From an uncultured Clostridia bacterium (lineage in GTDB: Bacteria; Bacillota; Clostridia; TANB77; CAG-508): a DNA stretch of 47,061 bases. The notes under the pieces were generated by a model that saw only the letters and a list, made by a program, of their open reading frames with translations, searched no databases and was not told the origin of the DNA. The DNA lies in the NCBI GenBank assembly GCA_944388715.1, contig CALXJV010000002.1, positions 1 to 47,061 of the forward strand, read 5' to 3'. This document shows, piece by piece, positions 10,571-19,535 of this stretch; the first letter of the stretch is position 1; every line of letters starts with the position of its first letter. Both the position numbers and the translations under genes were made by a program.

Positions 10571-10860
10571 ACAAACGTATAAAATTCACTTCGCGAAAAC
10601 TTTTCTCTACATTTCTAATTTTACTATATTTATTTAAGTTTTTAAAGAAATGTAAAAATTTGTCGACGCGAAAAATTGCGTAGCAATTTTTATATGTAAC
10701 GTTGTTTCTAATCGAATAAGAAAAACTTGATTTTTCTTTTGAAAATAAAATATTTTATTTTCTCTTTGAGCCTAAGCACCTTAATCACTTTCTATAATTT
10801 ATTAAAAGTCAGAAATCAAAAGTCCTAGTTTCTTTGACTTCTGAATCTGACTTCTGATTA

Positions 10861-11364
10861 CTATTTTAATTCTTTTCTACTATTTTGTATAGTTTTTATA
10901 GTATCTTGCAATGAAATTTCCATTAATTTTAATGCTTCTGAAATGTTTGTTTCTAGTTTTTCTAATGTTTCTTTCATTACTTCTTCTGTATTCCCTAATA
11001 AACTATCTGCATATTCTTTTGTTCCTTTTGATATTTCTCTTGACATTTCGTTTGCTGTTTCTATGATTTCTGTTTTTTGATCATATGCTTTTCTTGTAAT
11101 TTCGTGTTCATCTATCATTGCTATTATTCTATTTTCTGCCTCTTTTACTATTCCATCTGCTTCTTTTTGTGCTTCTACTAATATTCTTTGTCTTTCTTCT
11201 TTTACCCATTTTGCTTGTTTTAATTCATCTGGTAATTTTATTCTAATTTCTTTTATTAAATCTAACATTTCATCTTTATCTACAACACTTTTGGCAGAAA
11301 AAGGTAAATTCCTACTTCTTTCTAATAAATCCTCTAAAGTTTCTAATAGTGTAAAAATCTCCAT
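10861..11364 (-). CDS. Coiled-coil protein of unknown function
   Basis: 167-aa ORF with heptad-like E/K-rich sequence. It lies directly downstream of rsmD. Confidence 0.55.
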   Translation of the reverse strand: MEIFTLLETLEDLLERSRNLPFSAKSVVDKDEMLDLIKEIRIKLPDELKQAKWVKEERQRILVEAQKEADGIVKEAENRIIAMIDEHEITRKAYDQKTEIIETANEMSREISKGTKEYADSLLGNTEEVMKETLEKLETNISEALKLMEISLQDTIKTIQNSRKELK

Positions 11365-11378
11365 GGTTTTGCCCCTTT

Positions 11379-11936
11379 CTAAGTCCTATATTTTTTTAAG
11401 AATATAAGATATGCTCTTCCATATTTTCTAATATCTTCAATCTCACAATCTATATTATTTATTTTTTCTATTATTCTCTGTTTATCATCTGTCTCTATTA
11501 TTATAATTGAATCTTCGTTTAAGCATTCTTGTTCTATTATTAGCTTTGTAGCTTCAATTGCAAAGTTAGTTTCATATGGTGGATCTAAAAAAACAATATC
11601 TATTTTTTCATTTATTTTGTCTTGTATAAGATTTCTAAAATCAGTATTAAATATTATTGCTTCATTTTCAAAATGTGTCTTTTCTGTATTTTTTCTCATT
11701 ATTTCACAAGCCTCTTTTGATTTATCACATAGGATAGCTCTTTTTGCTCCTCTGCTTAATGCTTCTAGACCAATTGCTCCACTTCCAGAAAATAAATCTA
11801 AAAAGGTTGAGTCTTGTATTCTGTTTTGAATAATATTAAATAGTGATTCTTTTACTCTATCTAATGTTGGTCTTGTATTTTCACCTTTTAATGTATATAA
11901 TTTTGTTCCTCTTGCTTTTCCTGATATTATTCTCAT
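11379..11936 (-). CDS. rsmD: 16S rRNA (guanine966-N2)-methyltransferase RsmD
   Basis: MRIISGKARG...TRPTLDRVKESLFNII...DLFSGSGAIGLEALSRGA...FLDPPY. The start was moved to the ATG at 11936, which follows GAAAGG. Confidence 0.85.
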   Translation of the reverse strand: MRIISGKARGTKLYTLKGENTRPTLDRVKESLFNIIQNRIQDSTFLDLFSGSGAIGLEALSRGAKRAILCDKSKEACEIMRKNTEKTHFENEAIIFNTDFRNLIQDKINEKIDIVFLDPPYETNFAIEATKLIIEQECLNEDSIIIIETDDKQRIIEKINNIDCEIEDIRKYGRAYLIFLKKYRT

Positions 11937-12055
11937 ATTAAAACCTTTCTTTACTATTAACATTTTAAACCATTTTCGCTCAAAGTCAATAGAATTAATA
12001 GAAATGTAACATACATTTAACAGTTTTGTAATATATTACCTGTTTTGTAATGTAC

Positions 12056-12088
12056 AAAAAGACCATCTAATTTTTTTAGATAGTCTTT
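12056..12088 (-). terminator. Rho-independent terminator after divIVA
   Basis: On the minus strand: AAAGACTATCTA-loop-TAGATGGTCTTT followed by TTGT. Confidence 0.6.
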
Positions 12089-12154
12089 AGTAATTAATAT
12101 TTAATTTATTTTTGTTCCAAATCTAAAATCTATTTTTTAGTATTTCTTATAAGA

Positions 12155-12607
12155 TTAATCTTCTTTGTTAACATCTTTTAATAATTCTAATTGAGATATT
12201 AAAAGTGATTCCATTTTAGCTTTGTATATATCAAATTGTTTTTTTACATCATCTAATTCTTTTGTTTTTAGTGTTATTTCATTTTCTAACTCTTCTGCTT
12301 GTTTTTTCGCTGAACCTTTTGCTTCATTTATTATTTGATCTGCTTGTTGTTTAGCTACATTTTTTATATCCTCTGCTGTGGTTTGTGCCATAACCAAAGT
12401 ATCTTGTAATGTTTTTTCAATTGTTTTATAATGCTCTAAACTTTTAGTTAATTCATCTACTTTTGTTTTTAATTCAGTTACTTCTTTATAGTTTTTGCTA
12501 TAGTCTAATGTTAAGTCATCTAAAAAATCGTCTACTTCTTCTACATTGTATCCATTCATCATTTGTTTAGAGAATTTTTTATTTTCTATATCTAATGGTG
12601 TAATCAT
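12155..12607 (-). CDS. divIVA: Cell-division protein DivIVA
   Basis: N-terminus MITPLDIENKKFSKQMMNGYNVEEVDDFLDDL followed by coiled coil. Confidence 0.85.
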   Translation of the reverse strand: MITPLDIENKKFSKQMMNGYNVEEVDDFLDDLTLDYSKNYKEVTELKTKVDELTKSLEHYKTIEKTLQDTLVMAQTTAEDIKNVAKQQADQIINEAKGSAKKQAEELENEITLKTKELDDVKKQFDIYKAKMESLLISQLELLKDVNKED

Positions 12608-12652
12608 ATTTCCTCCTTACAGAAAGGCACAAAGACCCCTTGATTTTTTTAA

Positions 12653-13138
12653 CTAATTTAATCCATTGTTTTTAAGCCATGAAACTGATAGCTTGCTTTT
12701 TATTTCTTCTCTAGCCATTTCGTTTGTAATTTCATAATTTGATGGTGCTACTAAGAATATAGAATTAGATACTTTTTGAATATATCCATCTAAGGCATAT
12801 ACTCCTCCACTTATAAAATCTACAATTCTTCTTGCTACATCTTTATTTACATATTCTAAATTTACAATAACTGATTTTCTTTCTTTTAGGAAACTACAAA
12901 TTTCATCTGATTGCTCAAATGTTGTTGGTTGAGATATAACCATCTTTATTGCGTTTGGTTGTCCTTGTTGCATATTTACAACTTTATTGTTATTGCTATT
13001 TCTTTTTCCAAATATTTTTTTATCTTCTTCCTCTTCTTCATTTTCATAATCATAGATATCTTCATCTTCATATTCTTCTGGTTCAGCTGAGTCCATTCCA
13101 AATAGTCCCCAAACTTTATCCATTAATGCTCCTGACAT
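12653..13138 (-). CDS. sepF: Cell-division protein SepF
   Basis: The MDKVWGLFG N-terminus, an acidic linker and a C-terminal VVNLEYVNKDVARRIVDFISGGVYALDGYIQKVSNSIFLVAP block are typical of SepF. Confidence 0.85.
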   Translation of the reverse strand: MSGALMDKVWGLFGMDSAEPEEYEDEDIYDYENEEEEEDKKIFGKRNSNNNKVVNMQQGQPNAIKMVISQPTTFEQSDEICSFLKERKSVIVNLEYVNKDVARRIVDFISGGVYALDGYIQKVSNSIFLVAPSNYEITNEMAREEIKSKLSVSWLKNNGLN

Positions 13139-13232
13139 AAAAAAACCTCCTAATTTACTTCATTTGTATTCATTTGTACTAAGTATCTACTTTTTTTCCT
13201 AATATGTCAATAGTTTTTTAAAATGTAATATT

Positions 13233-13261
13233 ATTTTAATATTTTTGTAACATTTTTGTAA
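13233..13261 (-). promoter_or_regulatory. Putative sigma-A promoter for sepF
   Basis: The minus strand reads TTACAA-17 nt-TAAAAT, about 95 nt upstream of the sepF ATG. Confidence 0.45.
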
Positions 13262-13326
13262 TATTTAGCTCATAATATAAAATCATATATAATATATTTT
13301 TTCTATTTTGTTATGTGACGTGGAAT

Positions 13327-13630
13327 GGATGTACGTCGCCAATTTCATTAAGTTAAATATTGTAAAAAATGCTATAAGGGAAATATATAATATAAAAAAT
13401 GAACGATTTTGCGTATCTAAATTTGAATTAGAAATTCTTAAAGAAAAAAAGGTGTGATATGCACGGTACTCTCGATAAGAGAGGGTCTGAGTGCAAGAAC
13501 ACCTCTTTTTCTTTCAGAATTTCTTTGAAAATTTAGCTTATACAAAATTGTGAATGACTTTATATTATATATTTCCCTTTTAGTCTCATTCTTTACTAAC
13601 CATTAACTTATTGAAATTGGCGACATCGCC
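13327..13630. repeat. Long imperfect foldback element E3
   Basis: Arms of about 120 nt (13334-13455 / 13499-13628) pair around the GC-rich apex GATATGCACGGTACTCTCGATAAGAGAGGGTCTGAGTGCAAGAAC. The arm sequence resembles E1. Confidence 0.75.
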
Positions 13631-14913
13631 TATTCTACTTTACTTAAGTCTGGATTTAATATTATTTCATCATATAGTGCTATCTTTTTATATGATATTA
13701 TTTCTTCATTTGTAAATCCTAGTTCTTTTAATTCTTCTGTATCATATGGTTCTACAATAGAATATTTTTCTCCTTCTTCTTTTACTTTAACTAGAATTTT
13801 ATTCAAATATCCAGCTCTATTTTGCACCACATATGCCAAATCATCTTGTTTTGCAATAGCCTGATTAGGAATTTTCAATCCAGTTTCACTCCACCAAATC
13901 AAATCAAATGAAATTTTCCTATAACTTAATAATTCCTCAACACCTTTTTCTATTTTCAAAACTAGTACTCTATCTCCATTTTCCTCTTGTAGAATGTAAG
14001 TTATCTCTGCTGAAACTTCTGAACCACTTGGCAATCTTACTTTTACATCATCTCCTACTTGTGCACTCTGTGCCTGTTCTGTATTTGTTACTGTTGCAAT
14101 ATAACAATATGTATTATCAACAATTTTTCCACTTTCTTCACTAGTAGACACTACTTTTCCAGTTTTCAAATCCAAACTTTCTAAATATTCTTTTGTCAAA
14201 GTAGAAAGACATTCTTCTGTTGGTTTCAACACATCTTCTAATCCATCAACTTTATATGATACCACTCCACTTTTACTGGAATTTACATATTCAGCTCCGG
14301 AATTTAGTTCATTCTCATAATTTTTTCTTTCTTCAATTAATTGTTTTAAATATGAACCTTGTGGACTTAAATCTCCAGCAATATTAGCTTTTTTGGTAAT
14401 CAATTCATTAATTTCTTTTTTGTATTCTTCTAATCTTGTTGTATCATTAACATTACTTATTTCTAATAATTTTTGTTCAATTTGTGTTTCTATAGATTTC
14501 ATATCACTTGTAAATAAGTCTGTTTCATTAGTCATTGCTTCTTGTATTTTTGTATCTAATTCTGCAATTTTTTCTTTCAATGAATCTTCATTTTTTGTAT
14601 AATATCTAAATACTGCTTCATTAACAGCAACTTTTTCTCCTTCTGTTTTTATTTTTTCCATTCCATTTTTATAATTTTGTCCTTGTATAATCGTCTCATC
14701 TCTTATTACATATCCTACATCTGTTTCTTCTGAATACAATGTTCCTTCTTCTACTGTGAAAATATCTGTCGGTTGCTTGATTAATAAATATATTGTATAA
14801 GCTAGATATATTGCTATTAGTCCTATAACTATATATATAATTATTTTTTTATTTAATTTTTTCTTTTTTCTCTCTTGTTCTTTTTCTAAAAACTCTTTTT
14901 TCTCTTCTTCCAA
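13630..14913 (-). CDS. Single-pass membrane protein with coiled coil and barrel-sandwich-like region (HlyD-like)
   Basis: 427-aa ORF with a TTG start after AAAGGA. It has one N-terminal TM segment (IIIYIVIGLIAIYLAYTIYLLI). The family assignment is tentative. Confidence 0.5.
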   Translation of the reverse strand: MEEEKKEFLEKEQERKKKKLNKKIIIYIVIGLIAIYLAYTIYLLIKQPTDIFTVEEGTLYSEETDVGYVIRDETIIQGQNYKNGMEKIKTEGEKVAVNEAVFRYYTKNEDSLKEKIAELDTKIQEAMTNETDLFTSDMKSIETQIEQKLLEISNVNDTTRLEEYKKEINELITKKANIAGDLSPQGSYLKQLIEERKNYENELNSGAEYVNSSKSGVVSYKVDGLEDVLKPTEECLSTLTKEYLESLDLKTGKVVSTSEESGKIVDNTYCYIATVTNTEQAQSAQVGDDVKVRLPSGSEVSAEITYILQEENGDRVLVLKIEKGVEELLSYRKISFDLIWWSETGLKIPNQAIAKQDDLAYVVQNRAGYLNKILVKVKEEGEKYSIVEPYDTEELKELGFTNEEIISYKKIALYDEIILNPDLSKVE

Positions 14914-15090
14914 TTGTTTATCATTCCTTTCGATTGAATGTTAAAAACGTGTGAAAACACCAAAAATACACGCTTTAATACCTCTAAAGAAATCTATCCA
15001 CTTTTTATATTCATAGTATTACTATTAAAACTAATTTTAAATAAAATTATATTTAATACATTATAAATATTTTTTGTAAAACGTCTGAGA

Positions 15091-15134
15091 TGTGTCCCTT
15101 TTGGACATTTTTTGTCCATTTTAACACGTCCCCA
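15091..15134. repeat. Solo arm of the GGGGACGTG palindromic repeat
   Basis: TGTGTCCCTTTTGGACATTTTTTGTCCATTTTAACACGTCCCC matches the right arm of the 31704-31820 palindrome at about 40 of 43 positions. It overlaps the last codons and stop codon of miaA. Confidence 0.75.
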
Positions 15135-16047
15135 ATGACCTAATGATAATTTCAATGTTTCTTTGTATACCATCTTCTGCATTTAGCCATATTGTTTGTT
15201 TATTTTTCCTAAACCACGTCAATTGTCTTTTTGCATATCTTCTAGTTTCCATTTTTATTTTTTCTATCATTTCTTCTTTTGTATATATTCCATTAAGATA
15301 ATCTACAACTTCTTTATACCCTAATCCTTGCATTGCTGTTGGGAATTTACTGTATTTATTTAAAATTTTTTTTACTTCTTGTATTAATCCTTGTTCAAAC
15401 ATAATATCTACTCTTTTATTTATTCTTTCATATAGCTTTTCTCTATCCCAGTTTAATGCAAATACTTTATAGTCATATTCTACTTCTTTTTTTCTAGATT
15501 CAATTTCTTGTTCTGTTTTTGTTTTTCCTGTTGCATGATAAATTTCTAACACGCGTAATATTCTTTTTTTATCAGTGGGACTTATTTTTTCTATTGCTTT
15601 TGCATCTATTTGTTTTGCTTTTTCATATAATGTTTCTAGTCCTTTTTCTTGAACTTCCTCTTCTAATTTTTTTCTATATTCTTCATCTAATTTTATATCT
15701 TGATATTCAATTTCATAAATCAAACTATCTATATATAGTCCTGTACCGCCTACAACAATTGGATTTTTTCCTTTTTCTATAATTTCTTTTATTGCTTTTT
15801 TGGCATCTTTTTTATAATCTGCCACACTGTATCTTTTTTCTGGTGATACATATCCTATCAAATAATGCTTTATTCCTTGCATTTCCTCTAGTGTAGGCTT
15901 TGCTGCCCCTATATTCATGTCTTCATATATTTGCATTGAATCACATGATACTATTTCTCCATTTATTTTTTTTGCTAGTTCTATTGATAAAGCTGTTTTT
16001 CCTGATGCTGTTGGTCCACATATTACTATTACTTTATTTTTCTGCAT
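15121..16047 (-). CDS. miaA: tRNA dimethylallyltransferase MiaA
   Basis: VIVICGPTASGKTALSIELAK P-loop and full-length MiaA-like sequence. The start was moved to the ATG at 16047, which follows GAGGTG. Confidence 0.9.
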   Translation of the reverse strand: MQKNKVIVICGPTASGKTALSIELAKKINGEIVSCDSMQIYEDMNIGAAKPTLEEMQGIKHYLIGYVSPEKRYSVADYKKDAKKAIKEIIEKGKNPIVVGGTGLYIDSLIYEIEYQDIKLDEEYRKKLEEEVQEKGLETLYEKAKQIDAKAIEKISPTDKKRILRVLEIYHATGKTKTEQEIESRKKEVEYDYKVFALNWDREKLYERINKRVDIMFEQGLIQEVKKILNKYSKFPTAMQGLGYKEVVDYLNGIYTKEEMIEKIKMETRRYAKRQLTWFRKNKQTIWLNAEDGIQRNIEIIIRSLGTC

Positions 16048-16474
16048 CTTGCACCTCATTATATATATTTATTATTCCTTCTTGTGTACTTTTTAGATAT
16101 CCTTTTTCTGCAAATATGCATATTACAAATATTATCAAAATTATTACTATTCTTTTTTTAGCTTGGTCTTTTTCTATTTCTTCTTCAAGTATTTTATCAA
16201 ATAAATTTGCTATAAATGGTAAAAATATCAAAGAATTTAGACCTGTAAAAATGATAAGTAATGTATTTTTTACTGTCTTTTGAATTTCTTCGCTTGGATA
16301 TATAACATTTGTATTAGAAAAATTATATATCAATAATGTTATTAAATATATGACTAGCAAGCCAACTATTATGAAAATAATTTTTCTTGGTTTTTCTATA
16401 TTACCTAGATTATGCCATATCCATATAATGCTGATTATAAATATCAGAACTGCTACAATTGTAATTACTGTCAT
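16034..16474 (-). CDS. Small polytopic membrane protein, unknown function
   Basis: 146-aa ORF with about four hydrophobic segments, sited between mutL and miaA. Confidence 0.55.
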   Translation of the reverse strand: MTVITIVAVLIFIISIIWIWHNLGNIEKPRKIIFIIVGLLVIYLITLLIYNFSNTNVIYPSEEIQKTVKNTLLIIFTGLNSLIFLPFIANLFDKILEEEIEKDQAKKRIVIILIIFVICIFAEKGYLKSTQEGIINIYNEVQDAEK

Positions 16475-16501
16475 TTCTTTTCTCCTTCTAAACTCAAATA
16501 T

Positions 16502-19102
16502 TTATTTTCTGGCAAATTTTCTTTCTATATCATATTTAGTCATTTTTATAGCTGTTGGTCTTCCATGTGGGCATGTAAATGGATTTGGTAATGATAATAG
16601 TTTGTCCATTAGACTTTCTACCTCTTTTCTATCTAATGCCATATTTGCTTTTACTGCTGCCTTACATGCTACTGTTGCAATAAATTTTTCTTCTTTTTCT
16701 TGTTTTGCTGTTCTTGCTACTGTATTTATTTCATCTAATGTTTCTAAAAATAATTCCTTTGTATCTAAATCAATACAAACAGTTGGTACTCCTGTTAGTT
16801 TAATTGTATTTTCTCCAAATTCTTCTAGTGTAAATCCAGCTTTTTCAAACATTTCCATATTATCTTTTGCTATATCCATTTCTTTATGTGTTAATGTTAT
16901 TACATCTGGTAATAATAGCAATTGAGAATCTTTGCTTGATTCACTATAATAATTTTCTTTTACTTTTTCGTACATAATTCTTTCATGTGCTGCATGTTGG
17001 TCTATAATATACATTTCCTGTTCTATTTCTATTATTATGTATGTTTTAAATACAATTCCTACAAATTTGTATGTTGGTTTTTGGTATTCTTCTATTCCTT
17101 CAAAAACTGATACATTATCTTTTAATATATCAACATCTGTTTCTTCATCTTTTTTCTCTGTTTGTTCTTCTACATCTTGTATTGGCAATCTTCCAAATAG
17201 TTTTGCATACATTTCATTAAAATCATCTGAAACTACTTTAGGATTATCATTTAATTGTTGCATTTTTTCTTTGATTTCTTTGAATTCTTGTTTTATTTCT
17301 GGATTTTCTATTTGTTCGATAATTTTATCTGTCTCATCTTTTGTCTCATTATTTTTTTCTGAGTTATCCACTGTTTGTTCACTATTTGTTGATTCTTCAT
17401 TCTCTATTTTATTATTTGCATCTACTTGATTATTATTACTTTCCGCGTTCTTATTGTCCTCACTGTTTTGAGTCTCATTATTATTTTCTTCATTTGCCTC
17501 TTTTTGAATATCATTATTTTCTTCTGAAATTATAGAAATTCCTTCTATATTTTCCTGTACTTTTTGTGGTTCTTCTTGCATTTTTTCGTTCTCATCAGAT
17601 TCTTTTGTTTCAACATCACTATTTTCCAAATCAGATATAGTATTCTCTTCAGAATCTGCATTTATTGTATAATGTTCTTTTTCCTCTTCTATTATTTCTC
17701 CTTTAAGTTCAACATTTTTTTCTTTTAATTCACTTTCCAAGTTTTTCTTCATCTCTTTTAGTTTTGCTAATATGTCTGATGTATCAATAGGTTGTCCTAT
17801 ATTTAATTTTGCATCTTTGTTATTATCTCCAACATTATTTTTTGCATTATATACATCTTCTATAATATTTGAACCTGTTTTATTATTTCTCTCTTGATAT
17901 ACTTCTTCTATTGCATTTGTTTTTATTTTACTTTCTGCATCTGTATAATTTTCAATTTGTTTTTCATTTTGTTTTCTGAATGCAAATAGTCCTCCTGTAT
18001 TTTGTCTTTCTTGTTTTTCTTCTTTTAGATTTTTTAGTCTTTCTTCAAAAGTTAACTCTCTTGAAAATTCTGTTTTTTCCTGATGTAATGTTTTTTCTGA
18101 ATTTGCTACTAATTCTGTTTTTAATAAAGTATCTTTTATAGCATGATATACTGCTTGGAATATTTTATTTTCTTCTTCAAATCTTACTTCTAATTTCGCT
18201 GGATGGACATTTACATCAACTTTTGCTGGATTCATTTCTATATTTAATATTACAAATCCGAATTTTCCTATTGGAATTAATCCTTTATATGCTTGTTCTG
18301 TTGCAGCAGTTAATGTTTTATCTTTTATATATCTTTTATTTACAAAAAATAATTGTCTGGTTCTATTTGAACGAGCAATCTCTGGTTTACCAACGACACC
18401 TACAATGTTTATATCTTCATATTTATATGAAACTTCCATAATTCCATTTGCAATATCTTTTCCATATATGCTATAAATTACACTTTTTATATCTCCATTA
18501 CCATTTGTTTGAATAACAGTTTTTCCTGTATTTATTAATTTTATAGCAATATTAGGATTTACTAATGCAATTCTTGTTATTACATCTTCTACATATCCTG
18601 ATTCTGTGTAATCTTTTTTTAGAAATTTATATCTTACAGGTGTATTAAAAAATAGATTTCTTACTGTAATTGTTGTTCCTGTTTTACAACCTGTTTCTTC
18701 TTTTTCTAATATATTTCCAGCTTCTACAACCACTCTATATCCAATTTCTTGATCTTGTGTTTTTGATACCATTTCTACATTAGCAATTGCTGAAATACTG
18801 GCTAATGCCTCACCTCTAAACCCCATTGATGTTACTGTATCTAAATCATCTGCACTTCTTATTTTGCTAGTTGCATGTCTTTCAAATGCGATTTCTAAAT
18901 CATCTTGGGCTATTCCTTTTCCATTGTCACTTACTTTTATATATGATATTCCTCCATTTTTTATTTCTACTGTTATATTGGTTGCTCCTGCGTCTATAGA
19001 GTTTTCTACCATTTCTTTTATTACTGATGCTGGTCTTTCAATAACTTCTCCAGCAGCTATTTTATTTATTGTTAATTCATCTAATAATACAATATTTCCC
19101 AT
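16502..19102 (-). CDS. mutL: DNA mismatch repair protein MutL with expanded low-complexity linker
   Basis: N-terminal GHKL block KIAAGEVIERPASVIKEMVENSIDAG and C-terminal dimerisation/endonuclease region (DQHAAHERI, FTCPHGRP). The start was moved to the ATG at 19102, which follows AAGGAGGA. Confidence 0.9.
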   Translation of the reverse strand: MGNIVLLDELTINKIAAGEVIERPASVIKEMVENSIDAGATNITVEIKNGGISYIKVSDNGKGIAQDDLEIAFERHATSKIRSADDLDTVTSMGFRGEALASISAIANVEMVSKTQDQEIGYRVVVEAGNILEKEETGCKTGTTITVRNLFFNTPVRYKFLKKDYTESGYVEDVITRIALVNPNIAIKLINTGKTVIQTNGNGDIKSVIYSIYGKDIANGIMEVSYKYEDINIVGVVGKPEIARSNRTRQLFFVNKRYIKDKTLTAATEQAYKGLIPIGKFGFVILNIEMNPAKVDVNVHPAKLEVRFEEENKIFQAVYHAIKDTLLKTELVANSEKTLHQEKTEFSRELTFEERLKNLKEEKQERQNTGGLFAFRKQNEKQIENYTDAESKIKTNAIEEVYQERNNKTGSNIIEDVYNAKNNVGDNNKDAKLNIGQPIDTSDILAKLKEMKKNLESELKEKNVELKGEIIEEEKEHYTINADSEENTISDLENSDVETKESDENEKMQEEPQKVQENIEGISIISEENNDIQKEANEENNNETQNSEDNKNAESNNNQVDANNKIENEESTNSEQTVDNSEKNNETKDETDKIIEQIENPEIKQEFKEIKEKMQQLNDNPKVVSDDFNEMYAKLFGRLPIQDVEEQTEKKDEETDVDILKDNVSVFEGIEEYQKPTYKFVGIVFKTYIIIEIEQEMYIIDQHAAHERIMYEKVKENYYSESSKDSQLLLLPDVITLTHKEMDIAKDNMEMFEKAGFTLEEFGENTIKLTGVPTVCIDLDTKELFLETLDEINTVARTAKQEKEEKFIATVACKAAVKANMALDRKEVESLMDKLLSLPNPFTCPHGRPTAIKMTKYDIERKFARK

Positions 19103-19279
19103 CGTTTCCTCCTTCTTGTAATCATTTACACTATTGGTCATATTATATCATTATCTCATTAAATTTGTATAGTTTTTTGCAAAGAATTTAAAAATTTGTT
19201 ACTATTTAGTCGTTAATATTCACAGTCTTAAATTTTTTCTATAGAACGTATATGTTAATATCTAACTGCGAATTATTTT

Positions 19280-19308
19280 TTGACATTTTACATAAAATGT
19301 TATATAAT
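19280..19308 (+). promoter_or_regulatory. Consensus sigma-A promoter
   Basis: TTGACA (19280-19285), a 17-nt spacer, then TATAAT (19303-19308). Confidence 0.6.
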
Positions 19309-19357
19309 ATAATTGTAGCTCGTAAATATTTTACATTTTGAAAGGAGAAAACAGCTT

Positions 19358-19519
19358 ATGTTTTCAGGAGCAAATTGCCCTTTGGGCGATGAAAAAAGAT
19401 GCCCTGGGCATCAATTAAGAAACAAATATGGTCAGATAGTAAATGACTGTGCTTTTTGCAAAAAAAGCAAAGATAGGATACTTCCGACCATAACGGTAAC
19501 ATCTATTAATAATAAATAA
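19358..19519 (+). CDS. Unannotated 53-aa Cys-rich small protein (putative zinc-ribbon-like)
   Basis: An ATG lies 8 nt after AAAGGAG. The product is MFSGANCPLGDEKRCPGHQLRNKYGQIVNDCAFCKKSKDRILPTITVTSINNK, with four Cys arranged CP-x7-CP...C-x2-C. A consensus promoter lies upstream and a terminator downstream. Confidence 0.55.
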   Translation: MFSGANCPLGDEKRCPGHQLRNKYGQIVNDCAFCKKSKDRILPTITVTSINNK

Positions 19520-19535
19520 GATTTACCGTTGTTTT

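Noticed and set aside
12023-12051. Paired TTTTGTAAT / ATTACAAAA words upstream of rsmD (12023-12051), sepF (13241-13261) and minD (36981-37011), considered as a shared operator.
   Set aside because: The word is AT-rich and several copies are expected by chance. Single copies also occur elsewhere (near 6085, 15072 and 39446). On the gene strand it reads as a TTACAA -35-like hexamer. Spacing (11, 19 and 22 nt) and orientation are inconsistent across the three sites.
13459-13536. 25-aa ORF (MHGTLDKRGSECKNTSFSFRISLKI) in the apex of foldback E3, preceded by AAGGTG.
   Set aside because: The homologous GC-rich motif in E1 falls in a different frame and is cut by a stop codon after 10 codons. Conservation therefore looks nucleotide-level rather than coding.
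14994-15182. 62-aa minus-strand ORF overlapping the miaA 3' end.
   Set aside because: It is read through the solo repeat arm in an alternative frame. It has no RBS and overlaps miaA.
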